A stretch of DNA of 64,000 nt from Desulfobacterales bacterium (GCA_963668645.2 CAXXWC010000018.1:224001-288000); one strand, 5' to 3'; numbered from the stretch's first letter, positions 1 to 9,640 are shown. Translations and numbers: made by a program. Notes: generated by a model not told the origin, from the sequence alone.

Positions 1-290
1 GTGTCGAGGCCGGCGGGACTCGTGTCAATGAAAAAGGCCGCCATGCGCGTGACGGCGCAAAACAGGTGGGCCGTTTTGTCGGTGGGGTCGCTGGAAACCG
101 CCTGTTCGAACTTGTCGCGGGCCGCCACGATATCGGCATAGGTGGTCACTTGACCCTGGAAAATCAGGGCGCGCCCCTCAGCCACGAGTGCGCTGGAAGC
201 ATCCGAGGCCTGGGCGGAGGTGATCGGCCCCGCCATACAAAGGGATATGACGATTGTCACTATACTCGCGATACGCCAGTTCGATGTCAT
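1..290 (-). CDS. Secreted protein, 5' part only (runs off the window edge)
   Basis: Not in the ORF track. Manual translation from ATG at 290 gives MTSNWRIASIVTIVISLCMAGPITSAQASDASSALVAEGRALIF..., open to position 1. Signal peptide ending AQA; GGAGGAGAGGAAAGGA RBS upstream. Confidence 0.75.
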   Translation of the reverse strand, partial: MTSNWRIASIVTIVISLCMAGPITSAQASDASSALVAEGRALIFQGQVTTYADIVAARDKFEQAVSSDPTDKTAHLFCAVTRMAAFFIDTSPAGLD

Positions 291-341
291 GGTTTCCTTT
301 CCTCTCCTCCATCTCGGCCAAAAGTCGGGTGGGTAATGTCG

Positions 342-1151
342 TTATCTGCCTGTGGGAGCGGATGACATCCGCTCCTCGGGTTTTAATGCCAAATCGACCA
401 CCAGCCGGCGACCCCTGGTTCGCCTGCTTTCATCTTCCATGGTGTAGGGGCCTTGCACCGCAATGGTCCCCGTTTCCGGCCGGAGGATGGCCCGTTCGGC
501 CGCCAGGCGCCGCCCTCCGGCACGGATATGGATTTTCCCCTCCAGGAGCATGTCCTTTTTCTGAAATCTTACCGTTGCCCGCCGGCCGGTGATTCGGGAC
601 AGGGTCTGGCCGTCTTCATCGAGTAGAACAAGGTCGACCGGTTCGGCCATAAGGCCGGCGATCCGCCCCTTCGAGAACCCTGCCAGAATGTGCTGATCCA
701 AGCCCTCGACAAGGGTATAGCGCGACCTTGCAGGTGTCTCTGTGCCTTGGGGCAGCGGGGCCTTGACAAGGTGCAGCTCGATCCGCGCATTGGCTAAAAC
801 GGCTTCCTGGACAAGACCGAAGCGAAAGTGGCCCAGCTTTTTGTGCTGGATGCGAAAGGCATCCGCGGAGATGTGAAACACGGTTTGGCCGTCAACGGTA
901 TGGGTAAACGAGAAACCGCGAATTTCGACTTGGGGGGCAGGATAGGGGGTGGTCCCGGCCGGTGCGGTTGCAATGGAGTCATGGCGCGCTGGAAAAGAAA
1001 AGTGCCACAGGGCCATTGTCGTGCCGATTGTCGCCACGGCAACGGCCACAGCCAGCAGGAAGAATGCCCGTTTGACTCGGAGGCCCTGGCAGATGGGCAG
1101 CTTCTGTCCCATTTCTCTGCTGACCGCCGGCCCGATCAAGGATATTTTCAT
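342..1151 (-). CDS. Membrane-anchored periplasmic protein, possibly LptC-like beta-jellyroll
   Basis: One N-terminal hydrophobic helix, then beta-rich segments (VEIRGFSFTH, FHISAD, LLEGKIHI). Start codon uncertain. Confidence 0.45.
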   Translation of the reverse strand: MKISLIGPAVSREMGQKLPICQGLRVKRAFFLLAVAVAVATIGTTMALWHFSFPARHDSIATAPAGTTPYPAPQVEIRGFSFTHTVDGQTVFHISADAFRIQHKKLGHFRFGLVQEAVLANARIELHLVKAPLPQGTETPARSRYTLVEGLDQHILAGFSKGRIAGLMAEPVDLVLLDEDGQTLSRITGRRATVRFQKKDMLLEGKIHIRAGGRRLAAERAILRPETGTIAVQGPYTMEDESRRTRGRRLVVDLALKPEERMSSAPTGR

Positions 1152-1346
1152 ATACAGGTCCGAAGGCGCAAATTTTCAGCTTCAGTTTTTTATCCCGATT
1201 TAGTGCAAGTCTAAAGCCGAATGGCAATGGTTGTCAACGAAGAGACCCATGACACGGCAAATTCCGTTGAATCCAAGATCTGCCGGTTTCACCGAAGGGA
1301 TGCCATCGCTGGACTTGGAATTCGGCAAAATGGCAGGTCTAATTTC

Positions 1347-1375
1347 TTGACACCGGGACGGCCCTAGCTTAAAGT
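1347..1375 (+). promoter_or_regulatory. Sigma70-type promoter upstream of the cohesin/dockerin cluster
   Basis: TTGACA-N17-TAAAGT. Confidence 0.55.
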
Positions 1376-1428
1376 GTTTTCCCATAACGGCAAGCCTTTT
1401 TTACCCTCCAAATCTTCAAGGAAACCAC

Positions 1429-1836
1429 ATGCCGGCAGGCAACCAGATTTTGCGTTGGGTGCTGACGTTGGTGGTGCTCGGCAACTGCCTGCCCTACTTT
1501 GCCTTCGAAGATGTAAACCGTGATCGCAGGGTCGACCTTTTCGACGCCGTCGTTCAGGTGCGCAACATGGTCGATGCGACCCAAGCCGACAAAGCGGTTT
1601 TTGTCACCATTCAGAAAGCTATCCTGGCGGTCAGCGCCACGGCCGGGCTGGAAACCGTTATCCAATCCGGGGCGGATCTGTTCGATGCCGGACGGCTTTC
1701 CATGACCGCCTCTTTCCTGCTGTCCGCATTCCAATGGGATCAGCCGAGCGCAGCCGGCCTTGCCCGGCCGGATCAACCGGTTCGGTTCGACTCCTTGGCG
1801 CGAGAGCCTGTGTTGCCTCCTCCGGAATTGGGTTGA
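1429..1836 (+). CDS. Small exported protein with one dockerin-like Ca-binding motif and a C-terminal PxxPPP
   Basis: N-terminal hydrophobic stretch, EDVNRDRRVDLFDAV motif, ends EPVLPPPELG. AAGGA RBS. Confidence 0.65.
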   Translation: MPAGNQILRWVLTLVVLGNCLPYFAFEDVNRDRRVDLFDAVVQVRNMVDATQADKAVFVTIQKAILAVSATAGLETVIQSGADLFDAGRLSMTASFLLSAFQWDQPSAAGLARPDQPVRFDSLAREPVLPPPELG

Positions 1837-1868
1837 TTCCCTTCTCAAGACTCCAGGCAACCGAGATC

Positions 1869-1933
1869 GTCATTGCCGAGGAGCCTGCGACGAAGAATCT
1901 CAATGTGCCGGGGCTGACGTGGCGAGATTCTTC
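1869..1933 (+). repeat. Dispersed palindromic (REP/RPE-like) element
   Basis: GTCATTGCCGAGGAGCCTGCGACGAAGAATCTC...GAGATTCTTC. Related copies at 10615, 13682, 19763 and 24471. Confidence 0.65.
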
Positions 1934-1998
1934 CTCACCCGTATCAAGCTTGAAATATAATTTTTCCCTATTGATCCTATATTTTGGGGAGGCGCCCA

Positions 1999-4008
1999 AT
2001 GAAAAAAATGAAAACCGCCTTCGTTTTTCTGGCGACGATTATTTTGGCTCTGGCTTTTGCGGGTTCGGCACTTGCGGCCAATTTGAGCCTTCAGGCCACA
2101 TCCGACGGCTTGACAGAGGCCGCCCAGTTCATGCAAGGCGATTCGATTTACTTGAACATCATCGTGGACGACTCCACCGGCCTGGCCGGTTGCGCCTTTA
2201 CGGTGACCTACGATGCCACCCTGCTCGATCCGCCGGCCACCAATGCCGACGGTACCCCGGTGGACGGCTCGGTGACCTCGGTTTTCCCGTTTACCTTCCA
2301 AAGCGAGCCGATGCACCGGGAGAACTCGTCCGAAGCGGGAAAGGTCTACCTGGCCGGGGCCACCATCGACGAGAGTACCGGCGGGGCCAAGGCCGGCCAG
2401 ATTGACACCGTTTTGTTCACCCTGATCTTCAAGGTCAAGGACGAAGCGACCATCGGTTCCACTTTCAACTTCGGGCTGGAGCAAACCTGGCTGATGAATC
2501 CGGACGCCGGGTACGGAACCGACGTCGACGGTGACGGGGTCTATGATCCCGGCGACGGAGATTTGAAAGACTCGGTGACGGTGCTGGTGGGTGCCGTGGC
2601 CCAGGGAGAGCCGGGATACGACAATTTCGATTGCAGCGGCGAGGATCCGTGCGCCTTTCCGGAGATCGCCAGCAATCTGCCGGTTGGCAGTACCCAACTA
2701 GAGGTTGTGCCGGTTCCTACCTATACGGTCAGCGGCACGGTCGCGTATGCAGGTCCTCAAACCGGCGACATCCTGGTCGGTGTATTCAACAGTTCGACGC
2801 CCGGTACTGATTCGTTTGTTGCCGGCGTCAGCATCGCGACGCCCGGCGCTTTTACGATTTCCGATGTGCCCGAGGGGGAAAACTACTACCTGGCGGCTTT
2901 CCGCGATTCAGACGGCGGATCCGATTTAGGTACGCCCGTGCTGGATATCGATGCGGCCGAGGCTCAGGGTATACTGACCACACCCTTTGATGTCCTGGAA
3001 GCCGTCAGCGGCAAGTCCGTCACCTTGACCGATCCGGACAACAACGCCGATGGGATCCCAGATTATTGGTACCCGGGGATCGGCGCTGCGGGCGACGACT
3101 TCGACCAAGACGGGTACTCCAACCTGGTGGAATTCCAGAACCAGACGGATCCGACGGCCGACGACCCGCCGTTCGGGACGGGATATGATGCCGCTACTGA
3201 TGAGCGTGGACCATATCAGAAAGTGACACCCAGTCCGGCATCCATCCGCAATGCAGCCGGCAAGTCCTTCTCTTTCGCGGTCAATTACACCACGACCGAC
3301 AACAATCCCAACTTGGCCGGCCTTGGGCTGAGAATTCATTATGACTCGTCCAAGCTCACGTGGGACAATTTCTCGGATACCCTTTCACAGAGCCTGACAA
3401 GCACAGGGACGGCACCTCAAGACGACACCGAGGACGCAGACAACGATCCGTCCACCGACGAGTACGTCATCATCGCCTGGTCGGATACGAGCGGCCTGTG
3501 GCCGGGAAGTCTGCCCGCGACGCTGTTCAATATCCAGTTTACGTTGAATTCGGAACTGGCCGAGGGGGAGACCACGACGATCCGGTTCTCCTATACCTCC
3601 AAGGCGGTTTCGCACTCCTTCTTCGCAGACAGCGCAACCGTGACCGTGTCGCCGTTCTCGTTGGATATCGATGGCAACGGCGTGGCGGACGCTCTGACCG
3701 ATGGGCTGCTCATCATGCGCTATCTGTTCGAAGCCCGCGGCAGCGATCTGATCGTAGGTGCGGTGGATACCTACAATGGGACGCGCACTACGGCGGAGGA
3801 GATTGAGAGCTACATCGCCGGTGGTATCTCTTCGCTGGACATCGATGGCAACGGCGTGGCGGATGCTCTGACCGATGGGCTGCTAATCATGCGCTATCTG
3901 TTTGAAGCCCGCGGCAGCGATCTGATCGTAGGCGCGGTGGATACCTACAACGGGACCCGTACCACGGCTGCGGAAATCGAAGGTTATGTCGAAGGACTCT
4001 TGCCCTAG
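1999..4008 (+). CDS. Secreted protein with two cohesin-like domains, a TSP3-like Ca repeat and a tandem dockerin-like C-terminal repeat
   Basis: Signal peptide (ALA/A). Cohesin-like GLAGCAFTVTYDATLL...LFTLIFKVK; DGIPDYW...DGYSNLVEF; GLGLRIHYDSSKLTW domain; two copies of SLDIDGNGVADALTDGLLIMRYLF. ATG at 1999 follows GGGGAGG. Confidence 0.85.
   Translation: MKKMKTAFVFLATIILALAFAGSALAANLSLQATSDGLTEAAQFMQGDSIYLNIIVDDSTGLAGCAFTVTYDATLLDPPATNADGTPVDGSVTSVFPFTFQSEPMHRENSSEAGKVYLAGATIDESTGGAKAGQIDTVLFTLIFKVKDEATIGSTFNFGLEQTWLMNPDAGYGTDVDGDGVYDPGDGDLKDSVTVLVGAVAQGEPGYDNFDCSGEDPCAFPEIASNLPVGSTQLEVVPVPTYTVSGTVAYAGPQTGDILVGVFNSSTPGTDSFVAGVSIATPGAFTISDVPEGENYYLAAFRDSDGGSDLGTPVLDIDAAEAQGILTTPFDVLEAVSGKSVTLTDPDNNADGIPDYWYPGIGAAGDDFDQDGYSNLVEFQNQTDPTADDPPFGTGYDAATDERGPYQKVTPSPASIRNAAGKSFSFAVNYTTTDNNPNLAGLGLRIHYDSSKLTWDNFSDTLSQSLTSTGTAPQDDTEDADNDPSTDEYVIIAWSDTSGLWPGSLPATLFNIQFTLNSELAEGETTTIRFSYTSKAVSHSFFADSATVTVSPFSLDIDGNGVADALTDGLLIMRYLFEARGSDLIVGAVDTYNGTRTTAEEIESYIAGGISSLDIDGNGVADALTDGLLIMRYLFEARGSDLIVGAVDTYNGTRTTAAEIEGYVEGLLP
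3658..3981 (+). repeat. Intragenic direct repeat with 174-nt period encoding the duplicated dockerin-like module
   Basis: 3658-3807 vs 3832-3981; differences are almost all synonymous. Confidence 0.9.
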
Positions 4009-4030
4009 CATCACTGCTCGTGAGGGAGTA

Positions 4031-4062
4031 ACCGACGCCCGCGGTTAATGTCGGGCGTCGGT
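4031..4062 (+). other. Intergenic stem-loop without a U tract
   Basis: ACCGACGCCCG-N10-CGGGCGTCGGT, perfect 11-bp stem. Confidence 0.6.
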
Positions 4063-4089
4063 CTGGCGCGGTGATGAGGATGGCTTGAA

Positions 4090-4602
4090 ATGAAAATGGC
4101 GAAACATAGACAAATGGCAAAGGCCTTGGTTCTATCATTGGGCATGCTGATTATGTCAGGCCTGGCCTCATCCTACGGATGGGCGGAAACGCAGTACGTG
4201 GAATTGAAACCTCTGCAGGACGTTGGCGGTGTTCAAGATTTTGCGGTGGTCTATCATATCGATGGCGCCACGGCACTGACCACCGGTTTGGGGATCAGGA
4301 TCCACTACAACTCTAAAGCCGTTTCAAAAGTGATTTTTTCGGGTGTTTTTGAAAAGGGGCTTGTGGTCAAGGACGCAAAACCCAAACCGGATAACGCGGA
4401 CTATGACAACAACCCTGAAACGGACCGATTCGTTGTGCTGGCATGGATGGATTTAGACGGTCGATGGCCTTATGAGGCCCAACTTCCGTTGACGCTTGCA
4501 ACGCTTTCCATAACCTCAAACAAAAACGGAGGAACACTGCGACTGGCGGTCAGCGCCTCCAGCGTGCCTCCGGGGCTGTCCTTCAAAGGAGGGCGATTAT
4601 AG
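4090..4602 (+). CDS. Secreted stand-alone cohesin-like domain protein
   Basis: Signal peptide. GLGIRIHYNS...DYDNNPETDRFVVLAWMDLDGRWP is homologous to domains in both neighbouring genes. Confidence 0.8.
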   Translation: MKMAKHRQMAKALVLSLGMLIMSGLASSYGWAETQYVELKPLQDVGGVQDFAVVYHIDGATALTTGLGIRIHYNSKAVSKVIFSGVFEKGLVVKDAKPKPDNADYDNNPETDRFVVLAWMDLDGRWPYEAQLPLTLATLSITSNKNGGTLRLAVSASSVPPGLSFKGGRL

Positions 4603-4685
4603 TCTGGTACAACCATCTGAACAACCACAACACTTTGTTTTAATAAAATTAGACGTTAATCCCACAAAGGACGAGGTGGCTGAAA

Positions 4686-7600
4686 ATGACTTCTAGAAAA
4701 TTAAAAACGTTTTTATCGACAGGCCTCCTGATTTCAATGCTGTTTTTCCTCCCGTCGATGGCGGCCGCGGCTCAGCAGACTGTTACTCTGACCCCGGTCA
4801 GTTCGGCCCAACTGCTCGGTGGGGAAGATTTTTCGCTTACAGCGACCTACGACGCCGATAGTGCAGAAAAGACAGGTATCGGCCTTCGAATCCATTACAA
4901 TTCTTCGGTATTGACTTGGAATGGCTTCAGCGATGTGTTGGCGCTCAACCGTACCGCTCTGGGCACGTCTGCCCAGACGGACTCCACGGATAAGGACGGT
5001 GATTCGTCCACTGACAAGTTCGTGATCGTCAGTTGGGCGGACACGGGTTCCACCTGGCCGGGAAGTGTCCCGCTTACCCTGTTCAAGATCAATTTTTCTC
5101 CCACGGGAAAGGGTACTTCACCCGTCAACGTCACTTTTACAAGTACCTACCAATTCCAACCGGCGGAGGCTGTCAATGCGTCGGTAACCGTATCCAGTGT
5201 TCCGTCACAGATTCAGATTACTTCAAGTGCGTTGAGCCAAACTGCCGGCACAAAAGGCGACATGGCCATCGTGCTCAAGGATGCGGAAGATGATACGGCC
5301 GCAGCCACCACTGACGTGGTCATTGATCTAACCAGCGACAGTGCCAAAGGGACCTTCTACAACGCTGCCGGCGACACCGTCATCACTTCAGTGACTATTC
5401 CCACCGGCAGCACTTCGGCCGAGTTCAAGTACGCCGATGAAACCGTCGGCACGCCCACTGTTGCCGTGAGCGCCACCGGATTTACCGGGGCCACCCAGCA
5501 GCAGACCATCAACGCCGGGCCCTTGGCCGTTTTGACGGTGGCACCGGACACGGTCGCCCTGACTGCGGATCAGACCCAGCTTTTCACCGTCACCGGGGCC
5601 GACGCCTACGGCAATGAGGTGACCGAGATCGGCACCATCACCTGGAGCGGCGGGGCCGGGATCGGCACCATCGATTCGGCCACCGGCGAATTTGAGGCGA
5701 ACTTCGTCGGCGACGGTACGGTGACGGCCACCAGCAGCATCGACAACATCAGCGACAGCTCCGGGACGATCACGGTTTCAGCGGGGGTGCTGGCCGTGCT
5801 CACCGTCAGCCCGGATACGGCCAATCTGACCACGGACGACACCCAGCAGTTCACCGTCGCCGGGGCGGATGCCAACGGCAACGAAGTCACTGACCTGGGC
5901 ACCATCACCTGGAGCGGCGGGGCCGGGATCGGCACCATCGATGGGGCCAGCGGCCTGTTCGACGCCACCACGGTGGGTACCGGCACGGTGACGGCCACCA
6001 GCAGCATCAACGGCATCAGTGACACGACGGGAGATGTCGTGGTGGCCGTGGGAGCCCTGGCCACATTGACCGTCAGTCCGGACACGGCCGATCTGACTGC
6101 GGACGATACCCAGCAGTTCACCCTTGCCGGCGCGGATGCCGACGGCAACCCCATCACCGCCCTTACCCCGGCGACCTGGTCGGTGGCCGGTACGATCGGC
6201 AGCATCGACGCTTCCGGCCTGTTTGACGCCACCACCGTCGGCACAGGCATCGTGACGGCCACCATCGGGGCGGTTTCCGACGATTCAGGTAGCATCAACG
6301 TGAGCCCCGGTGCTCCGGCCGAAATCGTGCTGGTCTGCGACAAGACCAAGGTCGCCAGTGCCGGCAAAGGCACCGCCGTGCTGACCGCGACTTTCAAGGA
6401 TGGAGACGGCAACACGGTAACCGGTGACAGCGGTACGGCTGTCACCTTCACGGCCTCGGGCGACGGCGCCGTCCATCTCTACCCGAATCCGGGCACCGGC
6501 GATACTTCAAGCGGCGTGGCCACCTTAACCCTGAATACCACCGGAACGGTGGCTTCGGGCAGTGCGGCAGCCAGTATCGTGGCCACTGCCGGCGGCATGA
6601 CTTCCAATGATGTCTCCCTGACCGTGGTCAATTTCTCCATCGATGTGGCCGGCAACCAGACCGATTTGATCCGCAAACCATTTGCGCCCAACTCGGTAGG
6701 GCTCACCGGCCAGGGCGGTACTTCCGGCCAGTACCGATGGACCATTACCGGCGTGGGGAGCTTTTCGGCCACCGAAACCGTGACCTCCGTAGTGGCCGAC
6801 AGCGTAACCTTCTACGCGCCTGAAACCTTGACCGGGGCCTCCCAGGCAGCAACGATCCGGCTGGAGGACACCCTTGATTCCAATCTCAACGACCAGGTTG
6901 TGTTGACGGTCCACAACCCCACCAAGCTGGCCTTCACCAATGCCGCCCTGAATCTGGCGGCCGGAGAGACCGGCACCATGACCGTCGAGGTGCAGGCCGA
7001 TGACGGCACCCCGGTGACCATCGGCGCCTTTACCGTGGCCCTTACCACCGACAGCACTGGCAAATTTTACTCCACCAACCCGGGCACCGAGATCACCAGC
7101 GTGACCATTGCCGACGGGGCCAGCAGCGCCAGCTTCAACTACAAGGACGAAAAGGCCGGTACCCCGAAGGTGACGGTTACGACTGAAGGCCTAAGCTCTG
7201 ATGAACAAATACAGACCGTCGTTGCGGCTGCGGCCAATAAGATGACCCTGGAAGCCTCCAAGACCGTTCTGGCCAGCGACGGCAAGGGGTCGGCAGGATT
7301 GACGGCCAAGATTTTCGACGCCTTCGACAACCTGGTGACCGCTGACAGCGCAACCCAGGTCACCTTTACCGTAACCCCCGACACCTATCTGACACTGACC
7401 GGTTCGCCGGCCACCGCCGCTGAAGGGGTGGCCCAGGCGACGGTGACGACCAAGGCCGGTGAGGTGCCGTCCCCGCCGGCTGCCGCGCAGGTGAGCATCA
7501 GTGCCGACGGCCTGACTGCTCCGGCGTCGCTCACCCTGACCATCGTCAACTTCGACATCCAGGTGACCGGAGAGACCACGCTGCTCGTCAGCGGCAACAC

Positions 7601-9539
7601 CCCGGACAGCGTGGTGCTCACCGGAACGGGCGGCACCGCGGGCAATTATCGCTGGAGCGTGTCCGGCGTGGGGAGCCTGTCGGCGACCAATACCGACAGC
7701 GTAACCTTCTCCGCGCCGGAAACCATCGAAGGATCCAGCCAGACGGCCACGGTGACCCTCACCGATGCCACCGATTCCAGCCTTGTCGCTACGGTGACGA
7801 TCACCGTTTACAACAAGGTTGCCATCACCGACAAACCCACCACCCCGCCGGTGATTGAAGCCGGCGAGCAGTCGGCCACCTTCAGCGTGGGCGGAGGCGA
7901 TGACACCCTCTACACTTGGACCCTGACCGACAGCAGCGGTGGCGTCGTCGACACCAAAACCGGCGCCAGCTACTCCTTCGTGGCCCCCTCGACAGGGGCT
8001 TTTGCCGGCGTTTATACCGTATCGGTGGCCGACAACACCGGCTTTACGGACAGCTTCGAGGTCAAGGTGCCCTTCAAGCTGGATCCGGCCATCAAGGCCT
8101 TTACCGAAACCAAGCTCGATGGGACTCCCAACCCGCAGGCTTTCACCGTTTTGGGGGCCGACAGCGATTACACCTGGGAGATCCTGCATTCGGAGACCGC
8201 CACTTCTGAAGTGGCCAGCCCCGGTGACTATGGCACCTGGGACAAAGCCAGCCCGGTGACCGGGGATGCGACCAATTCTCTGAATCCGGCGAATGTGGAT
8301 GCGGTCAAGCGGTTCTTCATCCGCGTCACGGTGCAAAACGATGACGACCTCACCGAGGACAATGGGCTGAATCAGCGGATCTTCGGTCCCTTTACCCTGA
8401 TTCCTGTGGCTGACTTTGCACTGACGGTGGCCGACGAGGCCGGTACCGTAATCGCTGGTGCCGAGGTGAGTGTCGATTACACCGATCCGTCCACCGGCAC
8501 CAAAGTGGCGGCCAAAGTCACCGATGCCGAAGGCATGGCCGTTTTTGTCCTGCCGGACGCCGGTGGTACATACACTTATATGGGCAAAGCGGACGGCTAT
8601 GTTTCCGGCACGGTTGCTTCCAAGGCAAAAGCGGCAAGCCTTGCGCTCAAAGCGGCCGGTACGGATCAGATCGCCGGTACGGTGACCGATGGTACCGCAG
8701 GGCTGGAGAATGCCACCATCACGGCTTACCAACCTGCCGATCTTTCCAAAACCTACTCGGCGAACAGTGCGGCGGATGGCACTTATACCATCACCCTGCC
8801 GGTGGGCGCGGCCCAGAGCGGCTGGACCGTGGTCGCCGTCCTGAACGGTTATACCAGCTCCGCAATGACGGATCAGGCCATCGGTACGGTGGACTTCACC
8901 CTGGAGGTATCCACCGATCCGGATATCATCGATCCGTTTGCCCCCGGCAGCCTGACCTTCAATCAAAACGGTCAGACCGTTGTCGTCGACGTGCCGGTGG
9001 GCGGCGCAAGCCAGAGCGCCTTTATTATCGTCAACCAGTTCTCCAAGACGGATTCCGGGGCATCGGCCACCGCGGGGTCACCGACCTATGTCTACGAGGT
9101 GCGCCTGGACAGCACCACCGGAACCCTGACCTCCGACCAGATCAACCGCGTGGAAATCACCCTGCCCATCGATCTGAGCGTGGTGAGCCCGGGGGACCTG
9201 GAAAACGGCAATTTCCTGATCTACAAGGCCGACAGCCAGACTGACTTGCTGGATCCGGACAAGCGTTCCATCATGCCGACCTCGAGTATCATCAGCACCG
9301 ATTACATCGGTGACGGCAAGATCGGTTCGGTGACCTTCTGGGTCGACAGCCTGTCTGTCTTCGGCATCGGCGAGCCCGAAGGCTCGGGGCCGGCGGCCGG
9401 TGGCGGTGGAGGAGGTGGATGCTTCATCGACACGGCTGCCAAAGGATCCCCGACGAACGGCGTTGGCGCCCTTCCGGTGGTTGGTGCCGGCTTGATGTTG
9501 CTCGGTTTGGGCATCGCGCACATCCGCCGCAAGCGGTGA
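4686..9539 (+). CDS. Large cell-surface protein: N-terminal cohesin-like domain, many Ig-like (Big) repeats, Gly-rich CFI-box/TM/basic C-terminal sorting signal
   Basis: Signal peptide; GIGLRIHYNSSVLTW; three ~90-aa LTVxPDT...WS...GTI repeats; ends GGGGGGGCFIDTAA...VVGAGLMLLGLGIAHIRRKR. Confidence 0.9.
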   Translation: MTSRKLKTFLSTGLLISMLFFLPSMAAAAQQTVTLTPVSSAQLLGGEDFSLTATYDADSAEKTGIGLRIHYNSSVLTWNGFSDVLALNRTALGTSAQTDSTDKDGDSSTDKFVIVSWADTGSTWPGSVPLTLFKINFSPTGKGTSPVNVTFTSTYQFQPAEAVNASVTVSSVPSQIQITSSALSQTAGTKGDMAIVLKDAEDDTAAATTDVVIDLTSDSAKGTFYNAAGDTVITSVTIPTGSTSAEFKYADETVGTPTVAVSATGFTGATQQQTINAGPLAVLTVAPDTVALTADQTQLFTVTGADAYGNEVTEIGTITWSGGAGIGTIDSATGEFEANFVGDGTVTATSSIDNISDSSGTITVSAGVLAVLTVSPDTANLTTDDTQQFTVAGADANGNEVTDLGTITWSGGAGIGTIDGASGLFDATTVGTGTVTATSSINGISDTTGDVVVAVGALATLTVSPDTADLTADDTQQFTLAGADADGNPITALTPATWSVAGTIGSIDASGLFDATTVGTGIVTATIGAVSDDSGSINVSPGAPAEIVLVCDKTKVASAGKGTAVLTATFKDGDGNTVTGDSGTAVTFTASGDGAVHLYPNPGTGDTSSGVATLTLNTTGTVASGSAAASIVATAGGMTSNDVSLTVVNFSIDVAGNQTDLIRKPFAPNSVGLTGQGGTSGQYRWTITGVGSFSATETVTSVVADSVTFYAPETLTGASQAATIRLEDTLDSNLNDQVVLTVHNPTKLAFTNAALNLAAGETGTMTVEVQADDGTPVTIGAFTVALTTDSTGKFYSTNPGTEITSVTIADGASSASFNYKDEKAGTPKVTVTTEGLSSDEQIQTVVAAAANKMTLEASKTVLASDGKGSAGLTAKIFDAFDNLVTADSATQVTFTVTPDTYLTLTGSPATAAEGVAQATVTTKAGEVPSPPAAAQVSISADGLTAPASLTLTIVNFDIQVTGETTLLVSGNTPDSVVLTGTGGTAGNYRWSVSGVGSLSATNTDSVTFSAPETIEGSSQTATVTLTDATDSSLVATVTITVYNKVAITDKPTTPPVIEAGEQSATFSVGGGDDTLYTWTLTDSSGGVVDTKTGASYSFVAPSTGAFAGVYTVSVADNTGFTDSFEVKVPFKLDPAIKAFTETKLDGTPNPQAFTVLGADSDYTWEILHSETATSEVASPGDYGTWDKASPVTGDATNSLNPANVDAVKRFFIRVTVQNDDDLTEDNGLNQRIFGPFTLIPVADFALTVADEAGTVIAGAEVSVDYTDPSTGTKVAAKVTDAEGMAVFVLPDAGGTYTYMGKADGYVSGTVASKAKAASLALKAAGTDQIAGTVTDGTAGLENATITAYQPADLSKTYSANSAADGTYTITLPVGAAQSGWTVVAVLNGYTSSAMTDQAIGTVDFTLEVSTDPDIIDPFAPGSLTFNQNGQTVVVDVPVGGASQSAFIIVNQFSKTDSGASATAGSPTYVYEVRLDSTTGTLTSDQINRVEITLPIDLSVVSPGDLENGNFLIYKADSQTDLLDPDKRSIMPTSSIISTDYIGDGKIGSVTFWVDSLSVFGIGEPEGSGPAAGGGGGGGCFIDTAAKGSPTNGVGALPVVGAGLMLLGLGIAHIRRKR

Positions 9540-9610
9540 TCTGACGCATGCAGCCGGTACTTTTGGGATGCCGGCTGCATCGCTTGTTTTCGTATTCCAA
9601 CAATCTGAAG

Positions 9611-9640
9611 AAAAAGGAGGGGCGATCGCCCCTCCTTTTT
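9611..9640. terminator. Bidirectional rho-independent terminator
   Basis: Perfect palindrome AAAAAGGAGGGGCGATCGCCCCTCCTTTTT between convergent genes. Confidence 0.85.

Noticed and set aside
7191..8966. Long antisense and alternative-frame ORFs (also 26666..28399, 34070..35797, 58452..59729 and many shorter ones)
   Set aside because: They shadow well-supported genes in GC-rich DNA and have no recognisable motifs.
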